From Gnetum montanum (taxonomy: Eukaryota > Plantae > Gnetophyta), in assembly GCA_015680685.1 (NCBI GenBank), contig MNCI01003240.1:409468-473467 (forward strand): a DNA stretch of 64,000 nucleotides, given 5' to 3'. The notes beneath the pieces are model-generated. The model was given only the letters and a program-made list of their open reading frames with translations, did no database searches and was not told the origin of the DNA. How positions within the stretch are numbered: position 1 is the first letter of the stretch; each line of letters starts with the position of its first letter. Below, one piece after another: positions 14,356 to 28,847 of the stretch. Made by a program: the position numbers and the translations under genes.

Positions 14356-15924
14356 TGAAACACCACATAAATTTGCACATTATAGCTAATTTTCATCATG
14401 TAGCTTTCACCCCAGGAAGCTTGAGGCAAAATGTCATTGTAAATGTGAAGATTGTAATCCATAAGGGGCAATATCACATATTTCATACTTTTGGGAGTAA
14501 AAAAATTCCTCATAAGTGGTTAAAGCTACATCCTGCAAGTGAGAAACATCATCTAGTATTTATATTTGGGTTAGGGGAAGATTAAAAATTCCTTTGGAAA
14601 TGTTAAGAATGAGAATTTGATGGGTTTTATGGGGGTAGGTATATACTTTTCTATACTAGAAACACTTGCAAGGGGGTAGATCTTACCTACCCCTAGTGTG
14701 GAGAGGTGGGGTATTTCCCTTTAGCTTGAAAACTTTTCCCCCAACATGGAGACTGCATGCTTAGCTTTGAAACCTTTCCCCCTCATCTTATAAGTTTCAG
14801 CATCTAGCATGTAAGCTCCACCCCTAGCATGGAAATTGCATTCCCCCCAATGTGGAAGCTAGAATAGCCAAATTTCATGACTCCATGCACTCCAACATTG
14901 ACCAACCACTTTGTAAAGGATGGTGGAAGGCTCAACATGGAAGATTCATCTCTAGCATAGAAGGTGTGACCCTGTTAAAATTTATAGTAAATGGAATGAC
15001 CATGGGGGGAAGGCACTTACCATTTATAGTAACCCTCCAAATTTGTACACCCATCTCAGCTAGATGTGGTAGAAATTTATGGCAATTTGGCAACCAATTT
15101 GCCATCATTGTACAACCAAATTATAGCCAAATGATAGCCACTTTATAGCCTAATTGATGGCCTAAGATCTATAAAAACTAACCTCAAATACCATCTATAG
15201 GTTTCTCACTTTTACAATCCAAGACTATTGACATTGGTTACAAAATTCAAAAATTTATTCATAGTTCTACACTTGGGCATTCTCAAGCACTCAAGAGTTC
15301 TTGTAAGTTCCTACACTTGTATTCTCTTGAACCTAGTGTGAAAACCCTATAACCTTGTAACATCCTTTTGAGATTTATGAATTTTTAAGCTCCACACTAC
15401 ATGTATAGGATTTTCAACCCCTAGTATAAAGCACTTGGGAAGCTTGGATTCTTCACACTTCTTAACCTCTTCCATAGCCAACGTAGTAGATCTAAGATTG
15501 TAGCACTAAATGTTCACTAGCATTAGGAGTGGCAAGACATCCATATCGTGGAGTTGACAACATTGACTTCAATGGACCCTAAACCCTTGTACAAGTGAAT
15601 CCCCCTAAGTACCATTTAGGTACCATTTGTATACATTTCTCTAAATGATTCTTTATTTTTTTCACTAAATTTTAATGTTTGAGTTCTGTGTTCGTAATAT
15701 ATTTGTTCATTTTTATGCATTATTTAGATTTGTTATCAGGCTTTTTGCATTCCATTTCATTACACTATTTTGCAAACCCCCCAAGTCCCTGGTTGATCTA
15801 CTAGATTAGCCAAGGTACCTCAATCCCATTTTTTTATAGAGGCCCTAGGGATTCAAGGTTAAGGACTACTATGTACCAAATCCATCAATCTTTATTCCAT
15901 TGAATGATTTTTCTAAGCACAATA
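14356..15924 (+). repeat. 5' LTR of element C
   Basis: Starts TGAAACACC, has CTATAAAAA near 15169, ends TA (decayed CA) before the PBS, and is homologous to 61152-62137. Confidence 0.85.
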
Positions 15925-15931
15925 GTTTTCT

Positions 15932-15948
15932 TGGAATTAGAAGGAGGG
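15932..15948 (+). promoter_or_regulatory. Primer-binding site of element C (tRNA-Asn type)
   Basis: TGGAATTAGAAGGAGGG resembles TGGCGCTAGAAGGAGGG. Confidence 0.75.
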
Positions 15949-16369
15949 AATTCACCTAATTTCTATGCCAAAATATGTTAGCCATATTGCCAATGTTGTC
16001 TCGTAGCAATAAATTTTCATTTTTGTACCTAAGAACTTGGAAATCCAATGCTATCCTTACCCCCTATAGCAGAAACCCTAGCATGGAAATTGCAGGTGGT
16101 TCAAGTGCTAAAATTTCATAACATTTGCTATGAATTTTTAGAACAAAGCCAACATAGAATTCTTAACAACTATTTAATTTTTTCTGCCATATTTTTACCA
16201 TAAAACTAATGTCAGTTTTTGCACCAACCAAGCCTATTTTCCCCTCCTTTGTGATAAAATTTGGTAGCTTGCCAAAATCATTTTTTGAAACTACCATGGT
16301 TTCATTTTGGCCTTCAAACTTTCCCCCCTCTCTCCAATGTTGAAATAGAAGGTGTAATATTTTCATTAT

Positions 16370-16930
16370 CTCATCCCCCTTCTTTGCCCCCTTGCCATAC
16401 CTAGTGTAGAGGTAGCTAGAAGGTCAATGTAGAGGGTGTTTAACATCAACTTTTCTAACTTTCTATTTTTGGTAAAGGGGTAAACCCCCTTATCCCCTAA
16501 TTAATAATTTTATTATGTGCTCCATTTTTAGCCATTTTTTCTTCCTTGGATCATTTCTAAAATCCACTTGTTGGGATCCACCTCTATTATTATTGTTTAT
16601 AATCTATTTAAAGTCATTTGTTGCATCTGTAAGTTTTAGCCTCACCCCTTGTCAATGTTGCACTAGACGAAGTGAGATTTCCATCATTTCACCCCCCTTC
16701 TTTCCCCCTATCATACCCAACATAGAGGTAGTTGGGAGGCTAGCATGGGTGAGGCTTAATATTAACTTTTTCAGCTTTTCATTTTTGGTAAAAGGATAAA
16801 CCCCCTTATTCCCCAACTACTAATCCTAGTAAGTGCTCCACTTTTAGCCATTTTTGTTTGTTTTAAAAGTTGTTAAATTTCATTCATTGGAATTTATATT
16901 TATTTTATCATTTATAGACTATTTTAAGCC
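16370..16930 (+). repeat. Tandem duplication (~315 bp period) in the 5' UTR of element C
   Basis: The block CCCCCTTCTTT...TAGAGGTAG...TTTTTGGTAAA(G/A)GG..AAACCCCCTTAT...GTGCTCCA.TTTTAGCCATTTTT starts at ~16376 and again at ~16692. Element E appears to have a single copy. Confidence 0.7.
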
Positions 16931-17019
16931 ATTATCAACACTATAGCCATGTCCTTCCAATAATATATCAAATTGCCCCTCATCCTTCGAAAATCCATGA
17001 GGATCTATGATCCCAAAGA

Positions 17020-20000
17020 CCTTGCCATCATCGAATGTAGGCAATATTTGAGGGTTAGAGGGGAGAGTCCCAACTTTACTTCCATAAATAAAGATCATTA
17101 TCACTACATTTTCACCGAAATGTAGGCCAACCTAATGATTTCACATTTGCAAGCAAGGGTAAAAAGGGAGTTTGAATTCATACATTAGGATGGAAAAGAA
17201 TATGTCCCTTCCTTGTATGATCAAATACCTCTAACCAATGTCTATGCCAACATCTTAGCTCAATTAATCACAATGGAAGAGGAAGATGATAAGCATAGCT
17301 CAAAAGAATAACAAGAGGAGGAGGATGAATTTAGGATGGAATCTGACCTCGAAAACATCCTAGGACGATTGTTCCAAGAAAAATCTCCTAAGGTCACAAC
17401 ACCTTCCTCTAACAATTTTTTTTCCTCCATAGGAATGGTGCCATGATCTTTCACTCCTTCCCACCCTACCATGGTTGGTCCCATACTAGTCATAGGCACA
17501 CATTAAACTCAATTAACACCATAGCCAACAACCTATAACACATCAATACCGTTCATTACCCAACCTAAATCTATGGAACCATCAATGGTGGTTTTTACCA
17601 TCACAAATCCATTAAATACCCATGTAGGATCCACGATGGGACCACAAGAAACTTAGGGATCACACACCCCCTTTATTGCATTTATGCCTTAGGTACTGGC
17701 ACAAACATCCCTTTCCTTGTTTGGCCCATAAGCTACAACCATAATGCAACCTCTTCCTTCTATCTTGAAACCAATAGTAAGGCCATAGACCTCACAATAG
17801 ATTCCATAGTCATATGTACAAGCTTTGTAATGAATAGGACCACTAGAGGGCTTGGATTAAGCCTTTAAAATGATCCATGACCTATCAGAGGAGTTGAGGA
17901 GGCTTAAAGTCTCTATTTCCCAAAGTGTCAAGATTATATACATCTACCAAGATGATCCTATTAGTCTTGTGGTCATACCCTTAAAACTTCCTATTGGTGT
18001 TCCTATTTCCTAGTTTAGCAAATACAATAGAGAAGGTGATCCCAATGCTCATCGTATTACCTTTCAATCTGAATGCTAGCTCTTATAGCCATGGCCTCAT
18101 ACCATCATGAGGATTTTTGTTATGTCCTTTATTGGAAAAGAACTTGATTGGTACCATGCATTACTTAAGGGATCCATATCTTCTTTGGAGGACTTGATTG
18201 CCTAGTTTATCAACTACTTCAAGTATAAATTGAAGCCTAAAACAATGCTTGATCAACTCATGAAACTTAAGCAAGGATCCCTAGAACCCATGTAGAAGTT
18301 CATCTAGCAATGGAATGAAATAATGAATGAAATACTAGAGCCTATACTCGAAGCCCACTTGTTGGCCATATTTAAGCAAGTAGTTAATGACTTCATCAAG
18401 TCAAACCTCTACTACCTTGACCCATGGTATATCAACCAAGAATTGTTTCAAAATAAAAATATAGAGGATATTGTGGAGGATAATCATGATCTGGCCTATG
18501 TAGCATATAAAAATAAACATACACAAAGAGAAAAACAGAGGAAAAAATAAAACAATATGACTATGGAAACTGTAACCAAAGAAACAAAGACAAAAAACAA
18601 GGGGCCAAGGGCCAACACATCCAAGGCCCCTACTAATGATTATAATAACCAACCATCAACCTCTAGGGCCATTGCATTTACTATTGCTAGGCCAAATTTT
18701 GAGCAAGGAGAACATAGTAAATACATAGCCTTACTTATGAAACCATCCAAGTTACTAGACTAACTATGAAAAAAATGGACATATTTAAAACAAATAGATT
18801 TCTAAAGCTTCCTAAAAGAATTATGATAGACTCTATGAAATAGCCAAAGACCCTAGTAGAACAATGATAGATGACCCTCAACTATATAAGTACTTCAAGT
18901 TAGACCACTTCTTCCATTATGACCAACTACTTGGTCATGACATAGACTTTTGCATCATGTTAAAGGATGAACTACAAAGGATGATAGAGAAGCAGAAGTC
19001 ACTCTTAGATAATTTCCAACCTAGTTTAACCATAAAATCAGTTGATGCAGGTCTACAAGAACCCATTGAATATTAATGATAGCCCTTACATCATTTTAGC
19101 ATTTGATATTGATGATGATTGGAAACCCTCAAAAGAACCATTTGGGATCCAAGTACCCCCTTGTGATGAAAGGGCTTCTTTAGCGTCTACCATCTCAAGA
19201 TCCTTCTTCATCATAAGAGTACCATCACAAGTATCTTTGATGAAATATTTTTTCATTAGGATGCCCATACCTAACACAACCCATACAGTCATAGCCCAAC
19301 CAACTACACCATGACCTCCTATGTTGGGAAATACTACTACCTCTTGTTCATAATGAAAAACTAATAACCAGATGATATCAAGAAAGAAGCATAAGAAAAA
19401 GCCTATCAGCAAGAGTGACAAATAGATGGAGTCACATAAGGAAGTGGGCCAATCAAAGCCCACTTCCATTATGACTAACCCATAACCTCCTCTACCAAGT
19501 CCTTTTTAAACAATGAGCCATAGGAGGATTCCAAAGTCCATAATTAGAACAATGATAAAAATCTTCAACAAAAACCACAACCTAAAGCTGAAGTTTTCAT
19601 TTTTGGGCACATGGAGGAAGTAAAGCATAGCCAATGTGATAAGCCCAAAACCAATGATAAAAACTCCCGTAGTGCAATGGACTAAGTTAGGCAATCACTC
19701 AAGTAGAAGAATACAACTCCAAGCTTGTATGACCTGATCATGACTTCCACCACACATCATGATGTGTTAGTCAACATGTTGACTTCTATTCCCATTAGTG
19801 AGGACATCCTTGCTAACAAGGGATCCATCCATGCAATGATGGTTCCTTCTTCACCAAGGAAGAAGAAGATAATACCCCTAGTCTTTCATGGTAGAAAAAT
19901 CAAAGCAAATCTCCAAATGGAGAAGTAAATATGGCCCCTTTGTTCATAACCATACACATAGGATAGTTTAATGTACATTGGTGCATGTTAATAATGGAGC

Positions 20001-20240
20001 TGCAACCAACATCATCCCATGCACCATTGTTGAATGCTTGGATCTAACTAAGCAAATACAACCTATAACCATCATAGCTCTTAATTCCTTTAATATATCA
20101 AGGGTTTCCATAAAGGGTTCTATCTCCTTGGATTTTATAGTAGGAGAGCAATTCCTCACAATCACCAATTTCTTGGTGGTGGTGGAGGAGACACTAGGGT
20201 TTAACCTTATCCTAGAAACACCTTAGTTAGATTAGTTACT
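17020..20240 (+). pseudogene. Gag-aspartic protease of element C (3' end deleted)
   Basis: FSKYNREGDPNAHRITF...MSFIGKELDWYH near 18010-18160, LLGHDIDFC knuckle, protease VHVNNGAATNIIP...FNLILETP. The sequence jumps into the antisense gene at ~20240. Confidence 0.88.
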
Positions 20241-20244
20241 TTCA

Positions 20245-21513
20245 AAAAGCTGATAAGCACTCTTCTCCTAGATCCCTTAGATAAATAACTCTCTTTTTTG
20301 TCTTTCAACCAATGCCTCCTTGATCCACTTATGGTAGGCCCCATGATCTGCTTTGTACTATCACTTGTGGACCTTTTATTTCTTACCCTACTTTAGGACC
20401 CAAGCATACTAATCTTTCTACTCCTCAATCTTCTAGGGGATGAGCTCCATCTGCATACATTTTTCTCCCATCTACCATAGGACTGCTACTTTTTCCTGAA
20501 TGACATGCCAATAGTGGATCCATGTGATCTCCCTAGTTCACAATTTTCCTAAGTTAGCAACTTGGGCTTCTACAAAGGCCTTGTAGTCTCGGAGACCTCT
20601 AATAGTTTCCTCCTACCATTGAGTCTTCTCCCTTAAGGCCAAAACTTCATTCCATAGGGATTTGTTAACCTCTCTAGCTCCCATGAAGCTTTTGCACACA
20701 ACATTACTAGATCACTAGTAGTCTCATACAACTTCAAGGGTATACTAGATACACAAGAGAGAAGCTTAGGAAATGATTCAATCCCCATGTCTCTGCTAGG
20801 GTCCCAGTCCATAGTAGGCAGTACACAAGTATGAAATATAACCCTAAACATAATGTACAATCTAGGATTTCCATGACACCTGCATAACCTATAGCATAGA
20901 CAAGCAACTAAGGCACATAAAAAAAGTACTTACCTATCTTGGGTGTAACATGTTGCAACTGATCAATGATGTCCTTAGCCATGCCATACATGAACTCCAC
21001 CTTATCTAAACTCTTCACCCATGGTTTCACACAAAAATTAGGAATAGGTGCTTACACTAGTGGCTTAGGAACTACTATAAGCATAACAATCATTGAATTG
21101 TTAGGATGAAAACCAAAACTAAACCATAAGACATAATGATAATATTAAGGCATGGGCATACTTGGATCCTTCTCCTCTTCCTTATCTTCCTCCTCTGGGA
21201 TGATAATGGGGGATGTACTGAACACCACCTTACTAAAAAGGCATCTAGATCATTTATATTTACATTGACAAACCCTTCAACCTTGGACTAATTTAGGAGT
21301 GTCTCTTTCATAACACCTTTGTTCTACCTCTATGGTAGCTTAGGCTACCATAGCTTAACATTTGTCTACAATCATAGCACATAGAAAATAATGTAACACA
21401 TGAAATCATCACATAGCCATGAACTTTAAAACATAGAATAGCCAAGCTTAAACAAAGCATACCTATGACTACTTGCTGCCATGGCCTAAGCTTAAACTTG
21501 AGCTTCTTCTAGG
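20245..21513 (-). pseudogene. 3' exons of the antisense multi-exon gene of element C
   Basis: Minus-strand introns 21366-21462 (GTATGC..TGTAG), 21075-21161 (GTATGC..TTATAG) and ~20821-20933 (GTAAGT donor, acceptor decayed). Exons are homologous to E 1-1260, e.g. PLKLYETTSDLVMLCAKASWELER. Confidence 0.8.
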
Positions 21514-23247
21514 TGTAGTGACCAAAAACGTCAATCGCTGGAAAACACCGATGGGCCATTGGCCATTGACAGTCTTAACCTTGTTTCCACGGGAGGGTCG
21601 TGCTGGATGGAATGGAAATGGGGGGCCCTGAATGGTCTGGTTGATTAGATAGGGAATTAGTTGATGTTAATATGAAATTTTGAAACCAAATAACTTGAAA
21701 ATGAGACTGATAGCGCGAAGTAATGCTTAAATGTAAAAGAGAAAGAAAATAATGTAAAATGCAATGATAAGCAAGAGACAAAGTAAAATACAGTTAGAAA
21801 AATGCACCGCTTCAAAGCTATGACTTTGCTTTGTCAAGGTGGATATAATCAATTACACAGCGCTAAGAAGTGCAGAGATCCCAAGAGTAACCAAGATGTG
21901 TAGAGCAAGACGGCTGTGTACCTGAAGGAAGACTTAGGAGTTAACAATATGAAATGCTACCAAGGTGGTAGAAAAGAGCATAAAAAAATTCCAACTAAGA
22001 GTGCTAACTATTTACAATGTTAAACAGAAAGCTTACAATGCTCAAGGTTATAGTGCCAACATTTTTGCTTGTCAGCCAAAAAACTTGTTAGCCGACTAGA
22101 TTGCCCAGAAAACTAGACAAAATTGACAAAAAAAATCTTTTTTCTGCCAAAAATTTGACCTCTCAAGTGTTTCTCTTTGGGGTATTTATAAGACCAAGGG
22201 TGCACAAAAGATGTGGTTTGGACACCATGTGCCCTAGGCTTATGCTGACCTATCTATGCTGCATGTGCCTGCATGACCATTGGGTAGGTCTGCCATGCCA
22301 TAATTACAAGCCTACCATGCTGTAATTACATTTTTAGAGAAAGGGTGCAATTATGTGGAGTGCATTGATGTAGCGTAACTGCTTGCCATGCTTTACTATG
22401 CTCTGTAGCGTAGCATGTTTGGCGTAGCGTAGCATCTTGTTATGTTATGCTACACTACGCAGCGTAGCGTAGCGTAATGTAGCCAGTTTGAAGCAAAAAT
22501 TTGCATTGTTTCCTACTACATGCATTGGAAACCTTTGAAGCATGTTGACTATTTATTGCATATTTCCTATGCTATTCTATGCTACGTAGTGTATCATAGC
22601 ATAGTAGTTGCGCTTAGTTGTGTAAAATGTCTCCAATCTGCAAACTTTGTCCTTTGCACTACGAAGCTTGCGAACATGCTGATCCTACCCTTTGAGATGC
22701 CTTCTGTTACTTTCACATAATTTCTATGTTGTGCTACGCCATGTAGCTTAGCGTAGCATAGTGGCCAACATGGCCTGCTTTTGACCAAGTTTACCAGTTT
22801 TTAATAGAAGGAGACATTGCTGAAGGACTTGATGTTGGTTCAGGGAACTGATCATCTAGCTTGTGCTACGCCATGCTACACTACGTAGCATAGCATAGCG
22901 TAGCATTATTTTTATACAAATGTCTTCTAAATTCTACTATGCTACATAGCATAGCGTAGCATAGCAAAACTCCTTGACTTAGAAAACTTGCTGAAGAGTT
23001 TTGTGCATTTTGAGAACCGCTAGCAATTCCACGCACCGCTTCTAAGTGCACTGTTAGCTAGATGAACTACTTAGGTGGGTAGGCTGGAGAATCCATCCAT
23101 TTAGCCTATTGACACATGGGGTAGAAAACCTACCGAACTGGACACTCTGAACATCAGAACATCCATCTCCTAAAGGATTGTCGTAATGCTACGTGCATTG
23201 CAAAGACCTGGTGAAGCAAGCATGCCTTCAAATTTTAGGGTGTTTCA
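21514..23247 (-). repeat. 3' LTR of element B
   Basis: On the minus strand it starts TGAAACACCC after the PPT GACAAAGAGGGACTAA and ends ...GGTCACTACA, homologous to the end of A's LTR. Contains (GCGTA/GCATA)n arrays at 22370-22970. Confidence 0.9.
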
Positions 23248-24339
23248 TTAGTCCCTCTTTGTCGAAATCTAGAGGATGGGCTCAAGAGATGTTTACAAAG
23301 AATACGAAACACCATGGAAGACACGACACTAACGTTGCTTCTCGGTGATCGTCAAGATGCCGCTTGGTTGTGCTTAAGAGTGTTGCATTCATTTTTTCAG
23401 GGGGAAACGTGAAGCAGGGAGGAAGGAGGTTGAGGAGATATGGTAAAGATGAGGCTTAGCAGAGTCCCTCGTCAGAGTGCTCATGAGGGAGTTGCTCATG
23501 TTTTCATCTTTACTTTCGCTGACCTTCGACCTCTTGTAGGATAGGTGCTTCTTTCCCAGGATGAGTTGTGTTACATCCATGTGGGGTTTTGACCTGCCTA
23601 TAGATGCTTCCCATGCAGTGCTCTATGTTACGTACATCATGGAATTTGGACTCTGAAGTAGCCAAGCTAGTCAAGGCACTTACTTCATGATGTCATAACA
23701 TTTGCTACTATGGCAAGACGTACTTCCAGCCGCATCCTGTAAGCACGACGTAGAGTGAAATAGCCACGATGCAAAGTGAGGGCAAAAGTCCTGCTTACTG
23801 CAGACATTGTTGACAATCTTGGACACCTTTGCTAGTGTATGATGTTTGAAGAAGGAAGGCCAATAGTGGCCTTGGCAACATCGGCATGGAGGAGCTAGCA
23901 TCGAGTGTGTAGGGAGTCGCTGTGAGTGTGAATGCTCTAGAATCCTTGCCAAAGGCATGCATTCTTAGTTTAGCTATGGGATTAGTTACCACATAGCTAA
24001 ATGTTGTGCAAACCTAGGCATCAATAGGGAGTTGGAGGGTAACAATATTATGCTTGGGCCACAATACTACTGGAACTCTAGTAGCAAGCACTGACCAAGG
24101 AACTACCATCAAGGTGATGGGCTATGGCGACGGTAGGTCTAGAGGGCCAGTGTGATGTCATACAACATATTTAGAGAATTAGAATGATGCCAAGGTTGGT
24201 GTCATCATGTACATTCCAGATCGTGTTCCCATTGCATCGTGAACTACATTCTGGAGCAGCAATGTCCCACCCCCACATTGGCACTGTGCACACTCATTCG
24301 ATGTGTACTTGGTGCAGATGCATGCTAGGGACATGACGC

Positions 24340-24580
24340 GAACCTAGTTTAAGGTCCTCATAGACCATGTGCTAGGTTAGGGTCCCAGTGGACCACTGTG
24401 CTAGATTAAGGTCCCAACAGACCGTAAATGCCAGTTTAACATCATAGCAGATGTGTCGTGCCAGTTTATAGTCATAGCGGACTAGTTGTCCTAGTTTTAC
24501 ATCGTAGTGGACGGTTGCTACTAGTTTCTCATTGTAGCAAATGTTTCTTGTTGCTACCAGTTTAATGTCATAGTAGACAC
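24340..24580 (-). repeat. ~30-bp degenerate tandem repeats 3' of the integrase in B
   Basis: Recurrent C(C/T)AGTTT(A/T)A..TC core on the + strand at ~30-nt spacing. Confidence 0.7.
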
Positions 24581-24599
24581 TACTTATTGTTTCCATGCT

Positions 24600-27500
24600 T
24601 CATATGTAGTACGGTTTGAGGTATGAGTGATTCACTGGGTTGGCAAACTCGTTACCATCCATGTTCGCCAGCTTAAAGGCTCCATTCCCAAAGGCTTTAG
24701 TGACCATGTAGGGGCCTTCGCAGTTGGCTGAGAATTTTCTCACATGCTCATAGGAAACCTTGAGGATGAGGTCTCCCTTATGTATTGGCCATCGATGCAA
24801 GTTTGCATGGTTCTTTTATTGCTGCTTGCTCTGGTAGTGCTCTATGTGGCTCAGCGTTTGTGTGCGCTCCTCCTCTATTGAGTCGAGGTCGATGATCCAT
24901 GAATCATTGTTCTAGGATTCACTCATGATATTTGAGAGGATCATCTAGAGTGATGGTACCTACAACTAAAGAGGCAACATAGCTTTAGATCCATAAATAG
25001 GACTGTAAGTGGTCTTACTTGTCATGGTTCTGTATGTCATTTTGTAGGCCCATAGAATGTAAAGGATTTTCTTGTGCCATTACCTCTTGCTATTGTTAAG
25101 CATCTACTTCAGCAAGTTGATGATGGACTTATTTGTAGCCTTCGGCTGTTCATTCGCCTGTGGGTAATATGGGGAGGAGAATGATTGCTTGATGCCATGA
25201 TTGTTGTATAAGGTTCAGGTTTTCGTACTACTAAATTGTAGCCCATTGTCAGTTACAATAGTCATCAGAAGCCCAAACCTTGTCATGATGTTATCTAGGA
25301 TGAAGTGGCAGATCTGCTAAGACATTGTCTTCCTTAGGGGGACAGCTTTCACCCACTTAGTAAAATACTCAGTAGCAGTGATAATGAAGCTATGCCCTAT
25401 GGAGGACTTAGGCATGATAGGTCCTATGAGGTCTATTCCCCATTGTTGAAAAGGCCATGTGGTTTGCGTTGGGTGTAGGTCCATAGGTGAGATGTGTACG
25501 AAATTTGCATATCTCTAGCACGTGTCACACGTCCTGACTTTTGATAAACAGTGATGCTCCATATGGGGCCAATAGTACCCTAGGCATATGATTTTCACAG
25601 CCATAGCTCTAGGTGCTATGTGTCCACCACATAGTCCCTCATGTACTTCATTAACTACCCTTTGCGCCTGCTCCCAGCCCAAGCATGCCAGCAATATCCC
25701 TTCATAGGAGCATCAACACAGGGCATCATTTTGCATGATCGTATATTGCTAGGCATGCTTATGGATTGCATCTCTCTGGGAAAATTTTAATCCACCTAGG
25801 GGTTCACCATGTTGTAGGTAGGCTTTAATGTTACCATACCACTCCTAGGTATCTATAGCTCTGATAGAGGCCACATGTCCCACCTGAGTGATAGGCTCAA
25901 TACATTCGACAATTGAAGTTAGCAAACTTGTAAACGAGTGTGGTGGAATGTTTAGTGTGAGGGTGGCTAAAGCATCTGCCATGGTGTTTTTGTTGCATGG
26001 CACATGTTGCACATCTATGATCATGAATTTCTTAAGTAGGCTTTTTTCTAGATCACAGTAGGGTTGCAAGTGCATAGCTTTGCAGGCATAGACCCTAATG
26101 ATTTGATTCATAACTAGTTGTGAATTACCGTGGATTGCCAAGTGTTGTATGCGTAGTGTTTGGGTAGTTGAGAGGCCTCTGAGTAGACCCTCATACTCTA
26201 CCACATTGTTGGTGTAGGGGAATGTAAAACGATAAGCAAACGAGTGCATTTCCCTAGAGGGGAATGTAATGACGGTAGCTCCAGTACCTTGCATAGTTGA
26301 GGTTCCATCAAAGTGTAATGCAGCTTCCAGGTTTGATGGGATGATGCTAATAGTGCAAACATGCTCATATGGGAATTTACGATCTATGGTTGCATGGTTG
26401 TCGACATGTGAGACCGTAAGTTATGTTGCTATGGCTTGACCCTTAGTCGATGATTGGCTTACATAGTGTAGGTCAAACTCTGTGGTTATTGCTTTCCATC
26501 AGGCTATCTGGCTACTTTCATACAGGTTGTTAGTGATAGCCCAAAGTATGTTTCTTTTGAAAATGATGTTAACTGTACTACAAAATAGGTAATGCCTCCA
26601 CTTTTTTAACACAAACACTAAGGCAAGGAAATTCCTCTCCACTTCATTGTATTTTGCCTCATGAGCTATTAATGCATGGCTCAAATAATACACTGGTATC
26701 TCAGATCCATCATCTCATTTCTGACATAGTAGTGATGTGATAGATGTGTCAAAGGTGGTAAGGTAGATGAAGAAAGACTTATCCCTTTGTGATGGATACA
26801 TAGTTGGAATGTGCAAAAGCTCTTCCTTAAAGTCATCAAAGGCTTGTTGACACTGGGTTACCCACTTGAAGTGAATCCATTTCTTTAGAAGATGTTGCAT
26901 GGGGTGTAACTTGTTAGTCAACTTTGCTATAAACGTTCGGATGAACTATACCCTACCTTGCAAACCGTGCAACTCTTTAAGATTTGTAGGAGGTGCTAGG
27001 TTGACAATGGCCTTGACCTTGTCAGGGTCCACCCGTATTCCGGCCTTTGATACCATGAACCCTAACATGCATCTAGTTTTTACCCCAAAGACACACTTCT
27101 TAGGATTAATATGTAGACCATGCATTTGACAACACTTAAGGACTACCCCTAGATCGCATGGGTGATCAGCTGCCTCCTTGGACTTGACTGCTATATCATC
27201 CATGTAGTCGTTTAGCGTTTCTAGGATGTAGTCACTAAAGATGTAGGTCATGGCTCACTGGTAGGTTTCCCTAGTATTCTTGAGCCCAAAAGGCATCATG
27301 GTGTAACAAAAGGTCACCCATGGGGTCATGAAGGTTGTTGGTAGCTGATGCTCTGGGTTGATGTAGATTTGGTTGTATCTGAAGAAACCGTCCATGAAGG
27401 ATAACAGGGCATGACCGACTGTAGTGTTGATGAGTTAATCGATGCTTGGAAGTAGGAAATCATCCTTGATCGTTGCTTTGTTCAGATCGTGGAAGTCTAT

Positions 27501-28115
27501 ACAGATTCATATTCCTCCCTTTTTCTTAGAAACCATGACGATGTTGGACATCCATTTTGAATAATCAACTACGCAGATGAAACCAGCTAGGTATAGCTTG
27601 GTGGTTTTATCCCTTATAGCTAGTGAAATTTCTGGTTGAACGTTACAAGCTTTTTGTTTGACTATCTTTATGTGCAATTCTAGGATGATATTGTGTTGTA
27701 TCATCCTCGGATCTAAACCTAGCATGTCATTGTATGACCATGCAAAGACCTTGATGTTGTCTTGCAAAACCTTGGCTACATTTTCATCCATCTATGCATC
27801 TAGGAGGGAGCTAAGATTTAACATTTTTACTTTTCCCTTGGACGTGGTCACAGGCATCTCAACGAGAGGGTCCTTAGTTACATCCCCGAACTATAAATCT
27901 ATAGTTTGGACTAGATGCTTAGGCTAGTCTAGGAATGTTTCTAAGGATGCTATGGTGCCAGCTGTGGTTGACCCCCAGTCGATCAGGTTTGGGTTCAATT
28001 GTCTTGCAAGCTTGTCATGTGGACCTGCGAAAGCTAAGGGTGTGGAGAGGTCGCAAAGGATTTTCATCTTTTGCTCAACTTGTCAAGATGATATGGAAGC
28101 CTGGTTAAGAGGCAC
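24600..28115 (-). pseudogene. pol of element B: RT - RNase H - archaeal-type RNase H (aRH) - integrase
   Basis: RT: DFHDLNKA, DDFLLP, LSFMDGF, MPFGLKN, YMDD. RH: EAKYNEVERNFLALVF. aRH: FDG..TNNVVEYE..GNSQLV. INT: HEGLCGGH..YYWP..CDTC, WGIDLIGP, TDNG, SSPYYPQAN, GPY. No chromodomain. Confidence 0.95.
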
Positions 28116-28249
28116 CTATTGGTAGTGATCATGTATAATGAAAACTTGCAAAGAAATGATGAGATGTAACTAGTGAAGCATGATGTAAAGATTAAAATTT
28201 TGCCAATTTAAAGTCATGGCAGACCACTATGGCATGGAGATGTAGAGCT

Positions 28250-28520
28250 ACTAAAATAGGAAATGTAAAACTATCAATGTGAGAATGAGAAACTGCTGAG
28301 AAATGCAAAACTACCAATGCAAAAATGTGAAATTGCTAGTTTAAGGTCTTTTCAGACTGTTAAAGTTGCTGCTCTATGCTAGGATTGCTAGTTTAAGGTC
28401 TTTCTAGACTGGTAACGAGAGTGGAATGTTATGCTAAAAATGCTAGTTTAAGATCTTTTCGGACCATGAAAGTTACCACTGCACTGGGGGTGCTATTTTA
28501 AGGTCTTTCTAGACTGATAA
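28250..28520 (-). repeat. Short tandem repeats upstream of RT in B
   Basis: GCTAGTTTAAGGTCTTT(T/C).AGACT occurs four times on the + strand at ~50-nt spacing. Confidence 0.75.
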
Positions 28521-28847
28521 AGAAATATTTTTTCATTTTTGGGAAAGCAAATAGTTAGCTTGAAGCATGTCAAGGTTTTAATGCCAACAGTGCTATGATG
28601 TCGTGGTGAGCATGCTACGCTGTATGGCACAGTCCGCATTAAATGGAGAGAGAGAGTGGCATGTTTCTCTTTTTCACCATTAGGGCCATAAATAGGGATT
28701 AAACCCTAGTAAGCTTGTCATTCTCATCGTAAGAGCATAAAGCCCATATTTGGAGCACAAAGCAATTTCGGAGCGCAGAGTGATTGTGCTAACAGAGAGT
28801 AAGGTAGTTTTTTGCATCATGACAAGGAAAAGTCTGCAAGAAGGATG

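Noticed and set aside
13989-14585. The longest ORF (198 aa) as a real protein
   Set aside because: It is chimeric: chromovirus Gag up to 14355, then read-through into C's LTR.
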